Source of the DNA: Terriglobia bacterium
GTDB lineage: Bacteria > Acidobacteriota > Terriglobia > JAIQFV01
Length of the DNA: 64,000 nt
Direction: 5' to 3'
NCBI GenBank assembly: GCA_020072965.1
Contig: JAIQFY010000010.1
Location: 108,243 to 172,242, forward strand
Shown here: piece by piece, positions 10,445 to 21,106 of the stretch
Layout of the letters: every line of letters starts with the position of its first letter
Numbering within the stretch: position 1 is the first letter of the stretch
Position numbers and translations under genes: made by a program
Notes under the pieces: generated by a model
Told to the model about the DNA's origin: nothing
The model's input: the letters and a program-made list of their open reading frames with translations, nothing else
Database searches by the model: none

Positions 10445-11175
10445 TTCTTCTCCTCCCGGAGATGGATTTCTGCGTACACCCGGTTCACCGGCTCTCACTT
10501 AATGAAAAACCAGGACACAGTCAAACAGGACTTCCCTCGAAATTACCCGAGGGAACGGCGTAATTCCTGTAGGAATTGACGAATCTTACATTCTTTTCCG
10601 GGTGAAAGCACGGAAAATTCGAGTATTGGGGTTTTTCTCGGGAGTAGATAACGCATTGAGTTCTGAGGAATTCGGATCGTAAAACGGTACGGTCGTCAGG
10701 GGCGTGCAAATAAGAAGCGGGTCCCGCATCGTCCTTGTAGATTCATGTGGGGCTCGATGCTGGTTGTCTTGCCTGACCCAGTATTCCTCCATTTCGAAGA
10801 AGATTCACTCGCTCCGAGATTCTGCAGCCGTCTTCTTGAACCTCCCAATCAAATGAACTTCGGAAAGTCACTAAAACACCGTCTTGAATTGCGATTGTGG
10901 AACTTGGAGAGCCTTCGCAGTAGTCAGAATCTTGAAGACAAAGGCCACAAACAAAGGCCACAAAAGGATGCGCCGGCATTTGGATCTGGAGTTTCTTTCA
11001 CAGCGACGTGGCTTGACTCCCACCCGAATCTTTTGTTACCTTGAGCAACGGTCAAAGGCATTCGGAGGCCTCCCCCCATTTCATTGTCCTCGAGCGCGAC
11101 GATGCTGAATCTTAAAGTCATGACATGCAAGCTTCCAAGGGCTTTGAACAATCACACTAATTTCAGGGTGGCCCA

Positions 11176-11862
11176 TTGAAGGCCTATCATTGGAGCCTCT
11201 TCCATTCTCATTCTGCGCCCCCCACAATGGCTCCTTGTCCACAGGACTTTAGTCCAAAGGAATGGGCGATCATCCGTAAATGTCGCACTCCTCGGCAGGT
11301 CCAGGAGTTCCTGCGCAATCTTCCATACAACTGGGAAAAGGAAACCCTGCGAACCTTTCGACAGGTGGCTCGCCATGGATCGGCCCATTGTCTTGAAGCT
11401 GCCCTGGCTGCAGCCACGATCATGGAACAGCATGGTTATCCCCCCGTGTTGCTCGATCTGGAGTCCAAGGACAATCTGGATCACGTCCTTTTTTTGTACC
11501 GCCAACATGGACATTGGGGGACGGTAGCCAAGTCGCGCGATGCCGGGTTGCACGGCCGCAAGCCGGTATTCCGGTCGATCCGGGATTTGGTGATGAGTTA
11601 CGTCGAACCTTATGTCGATTTCACCGGGCGGATCACGGGATACGGGGTGACTGATTTGAATAAACTCGTCCCCCGCTGCAACTGGCGCCTTTCAGAACGG
11701 AACATCTGGGTGGTGGAACGCGCGCTCATACACATGCCCCACAAGAAAATCAAAACCTCCACTGCACGTTTCAGGCGCGCGTTGAAGCGCTACCTCAATT
11801 TCAAAAAACGATTTCCTCACCGCCAAGCAACCTATTATAGAAACCGGCATCAGTGGTTATGA
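11176..11862 (+). CDS. Hypothetical protein (basic C-terminus)
   Basis: 228-aa ORF, TTG start in track; internal ATG at 11227 is an alternative start. No family recognised. Confidence 0.4.
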   Translation: MKAYHWSLFHSHSAPPTMAPCPQDFSPKEWAIIRKCRTPRQVQEFLRNLPYNWEKETLRTFRQVARHGSAHCLEAALAAATIMEQHGYPPVLLDLESKDNLDHVLFLYRQHGHWGTVAKSRDAGLHGRKPVFRSIRDLVMSYVEPYVDFTGRITGYGVTDLNKLVPRCNWRLSERNIWVVERALIHMPHKKIKTSTARFRRALKRYLNFKKRFPHRQATYYRNRHQWL

Positions 11863-12026
11863 GACGGATAAACAAAGGTCTCCGAACCGTTGGTACCCCT
11901 TCAAGAGCCGGGAGCATGAAAACCTCGTGAGGAACACACCGTGATGGAGGACACGAGGACACCTTGACACCTGTGCCTTTTCATGTAGAATATCACCCTA
12001 TTTTTGAGGGGGGGCGTGCATACTGA

Positions 12027-12383
12027 ATGGAAAAGAAGCGTCTCGAGTATTACAAGAAGAAACTTGAAACCAAGTATTCAGAGCTGACGCAAACCGTTTC
12101 GAAAGTGGAGCATTACGGACGAGAAGTGGATGAAGAGCCAAGTCAGGATATTGCCGACAAGGCTTCCAATTCCTATGAGAAGGAATTTCTGTTTAGTTTG
12201 ACAAACAATGATCGTTATGTCCTTCAGCTTGTCCAGGAGGCGCTGGCGCGAATCCGCGAAGGATCCTTCGGTCACTGCATTGTTTGCGAAGAGGAAGTAC
12301 AACAAAAACGGCTTGAGGCCGTCCCGTGGGCGCGTCACTGTATCGAATGTCAGGAAAAGCAGGAACAGGGACTCTTGAATTGA
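12027..12383 (+). CDS. DksA/TraR family C4-type zinc-finger protein
   Basis: 118 aa. Coiled-coil N-terminus and C-terminal CxxC-x17-CxxC (CIVCEEE...CIECQEK). GAGGGGGGG RBS. Confidence 0.7.
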   Translation: MEKKRLEYYKKKLETKYSELTQTVSKVEHYGREVDEEPSQDIADKASNSYEKEFLFSLTNNDRYVLQLVQEALARIREGSFGHCIVCEEEVQQKRLEAVPWARHCIECQEKQEQGLLN

Positions 12384-12410
12384 GCCCATTCGGACTCAGG
12401 GCTGACAATT

Positions 12411-13274
12411 CGTGTTTGCCGGTTCACTTCTATACTCTTCAGGAGGGTCGTCTTCGAACCGAGTAGTGATTGCACTCAAAACCTACCGCCGACCCCCCTG
12501 TGGAGGACCCTACTCCCCCCCGTCCTGGATTCACTCTTTTCGGTTTTACTCCCCGCCCACTGCGACCTCTGCCACGGACTGATTTCGCGAGCCTTTGACT
12601 CCACCGTCTGTGCTCGATGCTGGTCGAGCTTGCAACTGCTGAATGGTAATCTTTGCGACCTTTGTGGCAACCCCATCATCGCGACACTCGTCCCTCCCGG
12701 ATGGCGGTGCGGCCGATGCCGCCGCGGTCTCCATGAATTTGATTACTGTCGATCCTACGCGTTGTACGAGGACACGGTGCGGGAGGTGTTGCATCGATTC
12801 AAGTACGGCAGGCGGGCAAGATTGGGGGTTCGTCTGGCGCGATTGCTCTCACAAGCCTGGGCGCTCTATCCCCGTTTTCAGGAGGCCGAAGTGATTCTCC
12901 CGATGCCCCTTCACCGGCGACGAGAAAAAGAGCGGGGTTTCAATCAGTCCGGAATTCTGGCAAAATACCTGTCGGGGATGATTGGTCGGCCAATGGAATC
13001 AAGGGCCGTAGTCCGGATTCGAAACACCCCCTCGCAAACGGGCTTAAGCCCCCGACAGCGCCGACTGAACGTGTCGCAATGCTTTGAGGTCAGAAAACCC
13101 GCAGCTGTTCGGGGAAAGGCATGCCTGGTCATTGATGACGTTTTTACGACAGGGGCGACGTTAAATGCAATGGCCCGGGTTTTGAAAGAAGAAGGGGCCA
13201 CCAAAGTTTTGGCCCTGACGCTGGCTCGCGTTTCCCCACGCGCGGCGATCGGGGCGGCAAAGAAAGCGGCCTGA
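12411..13274 (+). CDS. comF: ComF/GntX family phosphoribosyltransferase-domain protein
   Basis: N-terminal Cys-rich region (CDLCHG...CARC...CDLCG...CGRC) and PRTase motif [13 protein letters not shown]. Start uncertain: the frame is open from 12405, and 12630 is the first ATG. Confidence 0.65.
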   Translation, partial: RVCRFTSILFRRVVFEPSSDCTQNLPPTPLWRTLLPPVLDSLFSVLLPAHCDLCHGLISRAFDSTVCARCWSSLQLLNGNLCDLCGNPIIATLVPPGWRCGRCRRGLHEFDYCRSYALYEDTVREVLHRFKYGRRARLGVRLARLLSQAWALYPRFQEAEVILPMPLHRRREKERGFNQSGILAKYLSGMIGRPMESRAVVRIRNTPSQTGLSPRQRRLNVSQCFEVRKPAAVRGKACLVIDDVFTTGATLNAMARVLKEEGATKVLALTLARVSPRAAIGAAKKAA

Positions 13275-13284
13275 CAAGCGATTT

Positions 13285-13872
13285 ATGATTAGCGCAAAGT
13301 CTCATGACCGGACCCATGGGGAGATTCCCAGACCCCGGAGCGAGCCAAGCCGTTCAACCTTTATGCACACTCCCGTTCTGGTCTTGAATGCCACTTACGA
13401 ACCCATCAATATCTGCGCCGCCCGGCGTGCACTCGTCCTGGTCTTAAAGGGTGTGGCCCGCGCCGAAGAGGAACACCCGCGGTTCATTAAATCCCCAACC
13501 TTCAGTATCCGCGTTCCTTCTGTAATCCGGTTGTTGGAGTTTCGTCACATCCCCCGACAATCGCGGGCCTTGTCAAGAAAGAACATTCTGTTGCGCGACC
13601 GGAATACCTGCCAGTACTGTGGGGGGGTATTTCCACCCAATGAACTCACTCTCGACCATGTGATCCCGCGCTCGCGAGGCGGCGCTTCATCCTGGGAAAA
13701 CCTGGTCGCCTGCTGCAAGGGTTGCAATCATAAGAAAGGGAACTCAACCCCCGCGGAATCAGGCCTCCATTTGTTTCGAGAACCCCGCTCCTTTAATCTC
13801 CACACAAGCCGCCAGTTGATGCGTATGATTGGTCCCTCCGATGAACATTGGAGAAAATACCTGTTCTATTGA
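13285..13872 (+). CDS. HNH endonuclease family protein
   Basis: CQYCGG...[13 protein letters not shown]...[18 protein letters not shown] motif. Alternative ATG at 13363. Confidence 0.7.
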   Translation: MISAKSHDRTHGEIPRPRSEPSRSTFMHTPVLVLNATYEPINICAARRALVLVLKGVARAEEEHPRFIKSPTFSIRVPSVIRLLEFRHIPRQSRALSRKNILLRDRNTCQYCGGVFPPNELTLDHVIPRSRGGASSWENLVACCKGCNHKKGNSTPAESGLHLFREPRSFNLHTSRQLMRMIGPSDEHWRKYLFY

Positions 13873-14177
13873 CCCGGTAGGTCATGCGGGTCGCCACCGT
13901 TCATCGCAATCCGGTCCCCTATTCTAACGAGTACAAATTACCTGCGCGGATCCATGGGGGGCGTCGTGTAGCTTGGCCCTCATGCAAAGAAACCGGCGAT
14001 ACTCAATTCTCGCCGGCCCCTTAAAACGTCAAAATTCAATGGATTAATACAAACGTCGGAATTCGAGTTACATGGGGTAATTGTGGATTCTGCGTGGTAG
14101 AGGCGTCCCCCGAGGCGGACGCCCCTACATTGAATCACGCACGATTTTGTAAACTTTTCAATAACGTTGGGATTAGT

Positions 14178-15200
14178 TCACTTCGCAGGCGGTGGTGCGG
14201 ATGCTTTTGAAGCACTCTCAAGAATACGCTTCGAGAAGTAGTTTGTGATCTTCGCTTCATCCCGGGTATCTTCGATGAAGGCATCAGTGAGAAGGCGGTC
14301 CTTTTGCTCGAATAGATCATTCCGGACGGTGGTTTGAACCCGAGGATCTGACAAATCGTGTTGTCCTCCCTTTTCGATTTCAAACAGCTTGATGATCAGG
14401 TAACCCTGTTTTGACCTGATCAAATCGGAGGTCTCGCCAACCTTCAACGCCGTCATTGCAGCCTTGAATGCCGGATCGGTCTTGGCAAGGTCAGCATCTG
14501 ACACAAAAGTAATCTGTCCGCCCGGGGAATTGGGCGTGGAGTCGTCGGATCGCTGCTGAGCCACGGTGGTAAATTCTTCACCCGAACGGATGCGGTTGAG
14601 CACCGCCTGGGCAAACTCCTTCAACTTTGCTTCATCGGGGGCATTCGCAATGAGAATGTGGGCAAAGCGGTATCCTGGGGGAAAATTAAAGTTCGCCTTG
14701 TTTTTCTGATAGTAATCCGAGATTTGACCATCTGTAATCGAAATCTTGGCGGTTATTTCCTTGTTCTTCAGCTTGTCGATGGTGATTTTCTTCTGCAAAT
14801 CGTGCTTCAGTTCATCCAGCGTGTAGTCCTGATCTTTCAGTGATTTCTGAAACTCCTCTGCGGTACTCCGGCTCTTCAATTCGGTCAAGCGATTCTCAAC
14901 CTCGGTCTCCGTGGCGTTCAACCCCAACTTGGCCGCCCGCTCCAGAAGGATCTGGTCATTGATCATGCTTGTCAGGATGTTCAGCTTCAGGCTGTTGATC
15001 TGGTCCTCGGAGTATTGCACCGTTTGGCCTTTAATGCTCCGTAGATACACGCGATCTACTTCGTTCTCGCTGATCTCCTTCCCATTGACGGTGGCCAACA
15101 CTCCCCGGCCAGGGCTATTCTTTCGACTGCATGCGGGAATTAATATCATGAGGACTGCGACCAAGGCCGCCAGACCGAATTGCCACTTTAATCGATTCAC
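14178..15200 (-). CDS. SurA-like periplasmic chaperone/parvulin-type peptidyl-prolyl isomerase, lipoprotein
   Basis: GTG start at 15200 with AAGGAG RBS. Signal plus lipobox LIPACS. SurA N-domain-like region and a parvulin domain (FAHILIANAP...GGQITFVS). Confidence 0.7.
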   Translation of the reverse strand: MNRLKWQFGLAALVAVLMILIPACSRKNSPGRGVLATVNGKEISENEVDRVYLRSIKGQTVQYSEDQINSLKLNILTSMINDQILLERAAKLGLNATETEVENRLTELKSRSTAEEFQKSLKDQDYTLDELKHDLQKKITIDKLKNKEITAKISITDGQISDYYQKNKANFNFPPGYRFAHILIANAPDEAKLKEFAQAVLNRIRSGEEFTTVAQQRSDDSTPNSPGGQITFVSDADLAKTDPAFKAAMTALKVGETSDLIRSKQGYLIIKLFEIEKGGQHDLSDPRVQTTVRNDLFEQKDRLLTDAFIEDTRDEAKITNYFSKRILESASKASAPPPAK

Positions 15201-15605
15201 ACGCTTCTCCTTTGGAATTGATTCACACCCCACAGCGGCGGGCCCTCTTAGTATAAAGGAACCTGCCGATGTTACCATGCAGCATTCCATCCATAAAACA
15301 ACTTTTTCGTCCGCAACGGCAAACCGATCCGCTGATCGTCAGCTCCCGCGAGTACTGGGAGCGGCCGCTGCAAGCGAGCTTCTGTGGAGAGATCCACCTT
15401 GTAAAGGAGGCCATACTCGGGGATGAACCCGGGCCGTTTCGATACAAGTTGGGCATTGCAGTCTGGGGCCGAATGAGGATTCTGGCACTTTATCGCGGTC
15501 GGCCCCTATCCGGGTTTCCCTTCAGGAATTCAAATTACCGATTGTCAAGGTTCCTGCTTCTCGCTATAATGGCGGGCTTTCGAAGGTTCCCCGGAGGATA
15601 GTTGT

Positions 15606-15797
15606 ATGGCCAGAGTTTGCGACATTTGCGGCAAGAAACCCGTGTCCGGGCATCGAATCAGTCATGCCCACAATCTGACGAATCGACGGTGGCTGCCGAA
15701 TCTGCATCGGGTCCACGCGGTAGTAAAAGGGACCCGCACGACAATTCGGGCCTGCACCCGGTGTATCAGGTCCAACCGGGTCGTAAAGGCAGCCTGA
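15606..15797 (+). CDS. rpmB: 50S ribosomal protein L28
   Basis: [33 protein letters not shown] is the canonical L28 N-terminus. GGAGGA RBS. Confidence 0.85.
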   Translation: MARVCDICGKKPVSGHRISHAHNLTNRRWLPNLHRVHAVVKGTRTTIRACTRCIRSNRVVKAA

Positions 15798-15978
15798 GCG
15801 TCATCTCAACCACTCGGGAGAGCCTCAAACGACCAGGATTCAGTAATTTGAGAGTCCGATGAAGTCCCAACCACGAGGCAAGCCGACCAGGGTTCATTCG
15901 CTTTTCAAGACTTCATTCTACCCTGCTGAGCACCCCCCAAAGTCTTCAAACTCACCAATGGACAGGCGCACCGCCTCG

Positions 15979-16356
15979 TCAGGCCAGCGCAATGACATCA
16001 ATCTCCACGCGGGCATCCTTGGGAAGGCGGGCCACTCCAACTGTTGAGCGGGCCGGTCGATTCTCCCGGAAAAACCTCCCGTAGACTTCATTCATCCTGG
16101 GAAACTCACTGATATCGACCAGGAAAACAGTCGTCTTGATGACCTTATCCAGGCCGCTTCCCGCCGCCACGAGGACCCCTTCGAGGTTTCGTAGCACCCG
16201 CTCAGTCTGCATCGAGATATCCCCCTCGACCATCTGCTGTGTCTGGGGGTCCAATGGAATTTGTCCAGAGGCGAAAACCATCCCGTTCACTTTAATGGCT
16301 TGAGAATAGGGGCCAATGGCCTGGGGAGCGTCCGTTGTTTGGATGACTTCTTTCAT
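15979..16356 (-). CDS. ridA: RidA/YjgF family reactive-intermediate deaminase
   Basis: 125 aa, TDAPQAIGPYSQA...ARSTVGVARLP. Confidence 0.85.
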   Translation of the reverse strand: MKEVIQTTDAPQAIGPYSQAIKVNGMVFASGQIPLDPQTQQMVEGDISMQTERVLRNLEGVLVAAGSGLDKVIKTTVFLVDISEFPRMNEVYGRFFRENRPARSTVGVARLPKDARVEIDVIALA

Positions 16357-16418
16357 GCCCTGTTACTCCTTTGAAGGATGATGGAATCCCCGGGAGGAAA
16401 CCGCCTCAGGCAGCGGAA

Positions 16419-18611
16419 TCATCCGGAGGGCCGTTCGGAGATGGCAGAACTGGGTCTTAGGATCCGTTCTACCTCAAAGACATTGTCAATCTTTTTTAGC
16501 GATCCGATCAATTTCTCGAGATGGCGTTTGTCGCTGATGTCCAGAGTCACATCGATGGTCGCGTTTTGATCCGGATAGGTCCTGGCCTCGATGTTTCGGA
16601 TATTGGATCTCGTATCAGAGATGACCGAAGTCACTTCAGCCAGCAAGCCCTGACGGTCTTCTCCGTGAATGGCCAGCCGGACGGTGTACGCCTCCTCGGC
16701 CGTCCCCCGCCACTCCACATCGATCTTTCGCTCAACATCGTAAATCAGGTTCTGAACGTTCGGACAATTCTTGGCATGGACCGCGATCCCCTTCCCCCGC
16801 GTGATATATCCGACGATTTCTTCGCCGCGGATCGGATTGCAGCATCTCGCGCGATAGACCAGCAGGCCGTCCACCCCTTTCACCTCGATCGAATCGGAAC
16901 TGGAGATCCCGAATACTTTTTTGACCACCGAGGTAAGCTTGGAATCTTTGACCGCGGTCACTTCGTCAAAGACCTTGTCCGGGATCAGTTTCGCCAGCAG
17001 GTGCCGCGCCGAGATTTTGCCGATCCCCATGCCCGCATAAAGATCATCAACCGAATGGCATCCATATTCCGCGGCGACGGGGCCGATGTCGATTTCATCA
17101 ATCGTTTTCTTCAGGTTCACGCTGAAATTGCGGGCCTCTTTTTCGAGCAACCGCTTGCCGACGTCAATGGCCCGCTCTCGTTGCTGCACGTTCAGCCAGT
17201 GACGGATTTTGTTACGGGCTTTGGACGTTTTGACCCAGGAAAGCCAGTCCCGGCTCGGCATATGCCCCGACTGAGTGAGGATTTCCACGATGTCCCCGTT
17301 GCGCAGCTTATACCGCAATGGAACGATCCGCCCATTGACCTTCGACTGGACGCACTGGTTTCCCACGTCGGTGTGGATCGCATATGCAAAGTCGACGGGT
17401 GTCGCCTCGCGCGGGAGAATGACGACTTTCCCTTTGGGGGTAAAGGTGTACACCTCCTCCGGATAGAGGTCGATCTTGAGGGTGGAGAGGAACTCGCCGG
17501 GGTCCCGCATATCCTGCTGCCACTCCACCAGTTGACGCAGCCAGTTGATGCGCGAATCCTCGTCTTGATCCACCGTGCGCCCCTCTTTGTATTTCCAGTG
17601 CGCCGCAATCCCCATCTCCGCGATGCGATGCATCTCCTGCGTCCGAATCTGGACCTCGAACGCCTGTCCGGTCGAACTGATAACTGAGGTGTGCAACGAC
17701 TGATACAGGTTGGGCCGGGGCATGGCAATATAATCCTTGATCCGTCCCGGCACCGGACGCCAGGCGTTGTGAATGATGCCGAGTGCGCCGTAACAATTGC
17801 GAATAGAGTCGGTGATGATCCGGACAGCCAGCAGATCGTAAACCTGATCCAGGGTAATGCGTTGCCGCTTCATCTTTTGATAGATGCTGAAGATACGTTT
17901 TATGCGGCCCTGCAGTTGGACCGGAATTTCACTCTCCTTCATTTTCTCCGTCACCATCGACTGAACTTCCGACAGGAACGCCTCGTTCACCTTCCGTTTC
18001 TTTTCCACCTGGTCCTTCAGGTCCCCATAGATGCTGGGCTCGAGGAAGCTGAATGACAGGTCCTCCAACTCGCCGCGCATCTTCCCCATGCCCAGGCGAT
18101 GAGCAATAGGGCCGTAGATTTCCATTGTTTCTCGGGCGATGCGCTCCTGCTTATCCGGGGGAAGATGCTGCAAGGTCCGCATATTGTGCAAACGGTCGGC
18201 GAGTTTTACCAGGATGACGCGGATGTCGTCGACGATTGCGAGCATCATCTTGCGAAAGTTCTCGGCTTGCCGTTCTTCCGCCGAGGTGAACTGGATCTTG
18301 CTCATCTTCGTGACCCCATCCACGATGTGAGCCACCTCAGGACCAAATTTCTCCTCGACGGCTTTAAGCGGTGTCCCGGTATCCTCGACGATGTCGTGAA
18401 GGAGTCCGACACATACGCTCTTCGGGTCCAGTTTCATCTCTGCAAGGATGGCTGCCACCGCCAGGGGGTGGGAGAGATAGGGGTCCCCTGACGACCGCTT
18501 CTGGCCTCGGTGCTGCGCGGCAGCAAACTCGTAGGCCTTCTGAAGCAGGGAGAGGTCGTCGTCGGGACGATACTCCCGGACCTTGACCAGAATGTCGTCG
18601 AAAGAGGTCAT
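16419..18611 (-). CDS. rel: Bifunctional (p)ppGpp synthetase/hydrolase RelA/SpoT (Rel)
   Basis: 730 aa. HD hydrolase domain (HRGQKRSSGDPYLSHPLAVA), synthetase domain, TGS and C-terminal ACT. Confidence 0.9.
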   Translation of the reverse strand: MTSFDDILVKVREYRPDDDLSLLQKAYEFAAAQHRGQKRSSGDPYLSHPLAVAAILAEMKLDPKSVCVGLLHDIVEDTGTPLKAVEEKFGPEVAHIVDGVTKMSKIQFTSAEERQAENFRKMMLAIVDDIRVILVKLADRLHNMRTLQHLPPDKQERIARETMEIYGPIAHRLGMGKMRGELEDLSFSFLEPSIYGDLKDQVEKKRKVNEAFLSEVQSMVTEKMKESEIPVQLQGRIKRIFSIYQKMKRQRITLDQVYDLLAVRIITDSIRNCYGALGIIHNAWRPVPGRIKDYIAMPRPNLYQSLHTSVISSTGQAFEVQIRTQEMHRIAEMGIAAHWKYKEGRTVDQDEDSRINWLRQLVEWQQDMRDPGEFLSTLKIDLYPEEVYTFTPKGKVVILPREATPVDFAYAIHTDVGNQCVQSKVNGRIVPLRYKLRNGDIVEILTQSGHMPSRDWLSWVKTSKARNKIRHWLNVQQRERAIDVGKRLLEKEARNFSVNLKKTIDEIDIGPVAAEYGCHSVDDLYAGMGIGKISARHLLAKLIPDKVFDEVTAVKDSKLTSVVKKVFGISSSDSIEVKGVDGLLVYRARCCNPIRGEEIVGYITRGKGIAVHAKNCPNVQNLIYDVERKIDVEWRGTAEEAYTVRLAIHGEDRQGLLAEVTSVISDTRSNIRNIEARTYPDQNATIDVTLDISDKRHLEKLIGSLKKIDNVFEVERILRPSSAISERPSG

Positions 18612-18639
18612 CTGTGAATTATACGCAGTTTATCGAGGA

Positions 18640-18740
18640 AATTCCAAAAACCAAATGCCTGAAGCAAAGTCCAGACATCAAAATCCAAATTCCAAACAAA
18701 CTCCAGAACCCAAAAACCAAAGACGAACCCGCCGAAGAAT
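18640..18740. repeat. Low-complexity CCAAA/CAAA-rich tract in the rel upstream region
   Basis: ccaaaaaccaaatgcc...caaaatccaaattccaaacaaactccagaacccaaaaaccaaag. Seen directly. Confidence 0.4.
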
Positions 18741-18890
18741 CCGCCGGACAACAACTTCGGCTCAATTCCCTCAATTGCACTCCCATGGCTCGACTGCGAA
18801 CGCCTCTTGCGGAGTGAGTCTGGTTTTCTGAAATCATTCGGGATTTGCTTCTTGCCTGGAATTCGGACGGTCCATTTGAGAATTAAACGC

Positions 18891-18935
18891 ATAAAAAAAG
18901 CCCTGCTCCGCAGCTCTCGCTGAGGACCAGGGCTC
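18891..18935 (-). terminator. Rho-independent terminator ending the tonB-exbB-exbD-exbD-TPR transcription unit
   Basis: Minus-strand GCCCTG...(loop)...CAGGGC stem followed by TTTTTTT, immediately downstream of the TPR gene stop. Confidence 0.6.
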
Positions 18936-18957
18936 TCTTCAATGCCGGGGTGTCCGA

Positions 18958-19764
18958 TTACTGTGTTGCTTGTCCGGGTGCCGGCGGCAGCTGTTCTTTC
19001 TTGAACTTGATATCTTTAGCCTTCTGGAACCACTTGTCGGCCTCATTCAAGTCCGCTTCGCGTGCGGCCGCATCCGATTCCATGTCCGCTTTCTGCCGGT
19101 AGAGCAGGTTCAGATAGGCCATCGCGTCATCGTAGTCCGGATTGATTTCCACGGCCTTTTTCAGTGCGGCGAGCCCATCATCCACGGACGCACTATATTG
19201 CTCCCTGAAGGGATCGCGTTCCTTCGGGGGCAAGGGGTCTTTCGCGGGCAGGTTATTCAGCCTATTGACGCGGGCTTCCATGTTTGCCTTATAAGACAAG
19301 GTCCAGTCGACTACCCCGATTGAGTAGTAAGGTTCGGCATTGCCGGGCTCGATTTCAGTCCGCTTCTTGTACCATTTCTTGGCTTCGTCAAACTTTCCCA
19401 TATTGAAATAAATCGAAGCGATTCCGGCGATGCTGCTGTTATTCTGGGGGTCAGCGTTGAGCACTTCCTGAAAGGCTCTAATGGCCTCTTCGCCCGTCCG
19501 TTTATTCTCTTCCGACTCCACCCCGGGTACATACTGCGTGGCATAGGCCGTGGCAAGATAGAGTTTCGCGTTGGTCAACGCCGGGTCCAGAGCGACCGCC
19601 TCTTTGAAATAATCGACCGCCGCCTGGTATTTCTGATCCCGATAAGCCCGAACCCCCTTGTTCAGTCGATCGCGGGCCTTGAGCCGACTGCACGCCATGG
19701 ACCCGAACATAAGGACAATAATACCCACTAAGATTGCAGTTTTCTTCCAATTCCGAGAATTCAT
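18958..19764 (-). CDS. TPR-repeat lipoprotein
   Basis: ATG 19764 with GGAGG RBS. Signal plus lipobox (MFGSMACS). Multiple TPR-like repeats. Last gene of the TonB cluster. Confidence 0.6.
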   Translation of the reverse strand: MNSRNWKKTAILVGIIVLMFGSMACSRLKARDRLNKGVRAYRDQKYQAAVDYFKEAVALDPALTNAKLYLATAYATQYVPGVESEENKRTGEEAIRAFQEVLNADPQNNSSIAGIASIYFNMGKFDEAKKWYKKRTEIEPGNAEPYYSIGVVDWTLSYKANMEARVNRLNNLPAKDPLPPKERDPFREQYSASVDDGLAALKKAVEINPDYDDAMAYLNLLYRQKADMESDAAAREADLNEADKWFQKAKDIKFKKEQLPPAPGQATQ

Positions 19765-19891
19765 CCGACTGCCTCCGGTGTATGAACGTTTAAGCTTCAA
19801 AGAGGGCGCCATGGGCATTGGTTTTGCCTCTCTGAACAGGAAGGTACAGGAGATTGGGAAGCACAAAAAAATGCCCCCTCGTCCCTCTCAA

Positions 19892-20323
19892 CTACTGCCC
19901 CATCTGGATCTTCTCAGTGATCAGTCCAATCTTGTCGACGCCAGCTCCCTTGGCGATATCAATAATGCGGATGATTTTGTCGAACAAGGTTGAGTCGTCG
20001 CCCTTGACAAACATGACGCGCTCACTGCGGGTCTTGAAAATATCATCCAGCCGGGGACCCAGCGTATCCCACGTGGTGGGTTCCTGATTGATTTTCAGCA
20101 GGCCCTCCTTGTCGATGACCACCACGATCGTCCGTTTATCATCCGGTGGCGTCGCCTGCGCCTTTGGATCCTTCGGCGGTTGGGGAACCAACGCGTCTAA
20201 CCCTTTCGAGATGATCGGTGTGATCACGAGAAAGATGATGATCAGGACCAGCAGAATGTCGATCATCGGCGTCATGTTGATGTCCGACTTCGGGCCGTGG
20301 CCCGTTCCAACTCCCATTGCCAT
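19892..20323 (-). CDS. exbD: Biopolymer transport protein ExbD/TolR
   Basis: 143 aa, INMTPMIDILLVLIIIF TM helix plus periplasmic domain. Confidence 0.8.
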   Translation of the reverse strand: MAMGVGTGHGPKSDINMTPMIDILLVLIIIFLVITPIISKGLDALVPQPPKDPKAQATPPDDKRTIVVVIDKEGLLKINQEPTTWDTLGPRLDDIFKTRSERVMFVKGDDSTLFDKIIRIIDIAKGAGVDKIGLITEKIQMGQ

Positions 20324-20584
20324 GGCGTTTCCTCCAGCAAAGATTAGGTTCGGGTGGGCATCAACATCAGTGCGTCTACTTGAATTGACCCCACTGACTG
20401 CCGGAGGTGTCCTTTAAACTCTCCGACATGACCACCCAATCAGCTCTGTCTCTTGGCGGGCGCTTAATTCACTCTTGAGCGCTCACCTCATTTAACTCGA
20501 CGGTCTCAAAGCTGTCCCTGGTTCAATAGGATAACTCGAAAGAGGAACAGCGCCGTAACCGCAAAAAAACGGCCGTCCTGCCCG

Positions 20585-21061
20585 TCACTGACCACCGGCA
20601 GGTGGTTTACCCTTTTTCTCTTCTTCCTTCTCCGTTATCAATCCCAGCGAATCGACACCCGCAGCACGCACTTCATCGACAACCGCAGCCACATCTCCAT
20701 ACTTCGCACGGCGGTCGCTCTTCACATAAACGGTCTTGTCCCCCGCTTTTCGCTCGAGCAGGTCTTTGACCTTCTGAGTGATGGCATCCTTCTTGACCTC
20801 ATCCGAGCCCAGGAAGTATCGCCCATCGCGCTGGACCGCGATGAGAATGGCATCGTCCTTGTCACCTTCCTTCATTTCGCGTGGATTCTTGGCCTTGGAT
20901 AAATCGACCGACACGCCGTGTTGCAACATGGGCGTCACCACCATGAAGATGATCAGCAACACGAGCATGATGTCAACCATCGGGGTGACGTTGATGTCGC
21001 TCTTGACCGAGCTCTCCCTTGTATCTGCACCGCCCAGGAAAGGCATAGTTAACCTCCTCAA
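20585..21061 (-). CDS. exbD: Biopolymer transport protein ExbD/TolR (second copy)
   Basis: 158 aa, INVTPMVDIMLVLLIIF. Confidence 0.8.
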   Translation of the reverse strand: MRRLTMPFLGGADTRESSVKSDINVTPMVDIMLVLLIIFMVVTPMLQHGVSVDLSKAKNPREMKEGDKDDAILIAVQRDGRYFLGSDEVKKDAITQKVKDLLERKAGDKTVYVKSDRRAKYGDVAAVVDEVRAAGVDSLGLITEKEEEKKGKPPAGGQ

Positions 21062-21106
21062 AAAGATGTCAATTCAAAGCCTGTGTTGCACCATCTTCCG
21101 AGAGGC

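Noticed and set aside
10521-11151. Small minus-strand ORFs upstream of the B12-rSAM gene as candidate RiPP precursors
   Set aside because: No RBS, conserved core-peptide features or leader motifs. Composition looks like random ORFs in a lower-GC spacer.
13900-14130. tRNA-like GGGGGGCGTCGTGTAGC... segment and GGCGTCC-loop-GGACGCC hairpin
   Set aside because: It cannot be folded into a cloverleaf (no D/T arms). The hairpin lacks a U-tract, so it is not called as tRNA or a confident terminator.
16521-18056. Plus-strand ORFs 16521..17687 and 17691..18056
   Set aside because: Antisense shadow ORFs of rel (RelA/SpoT).
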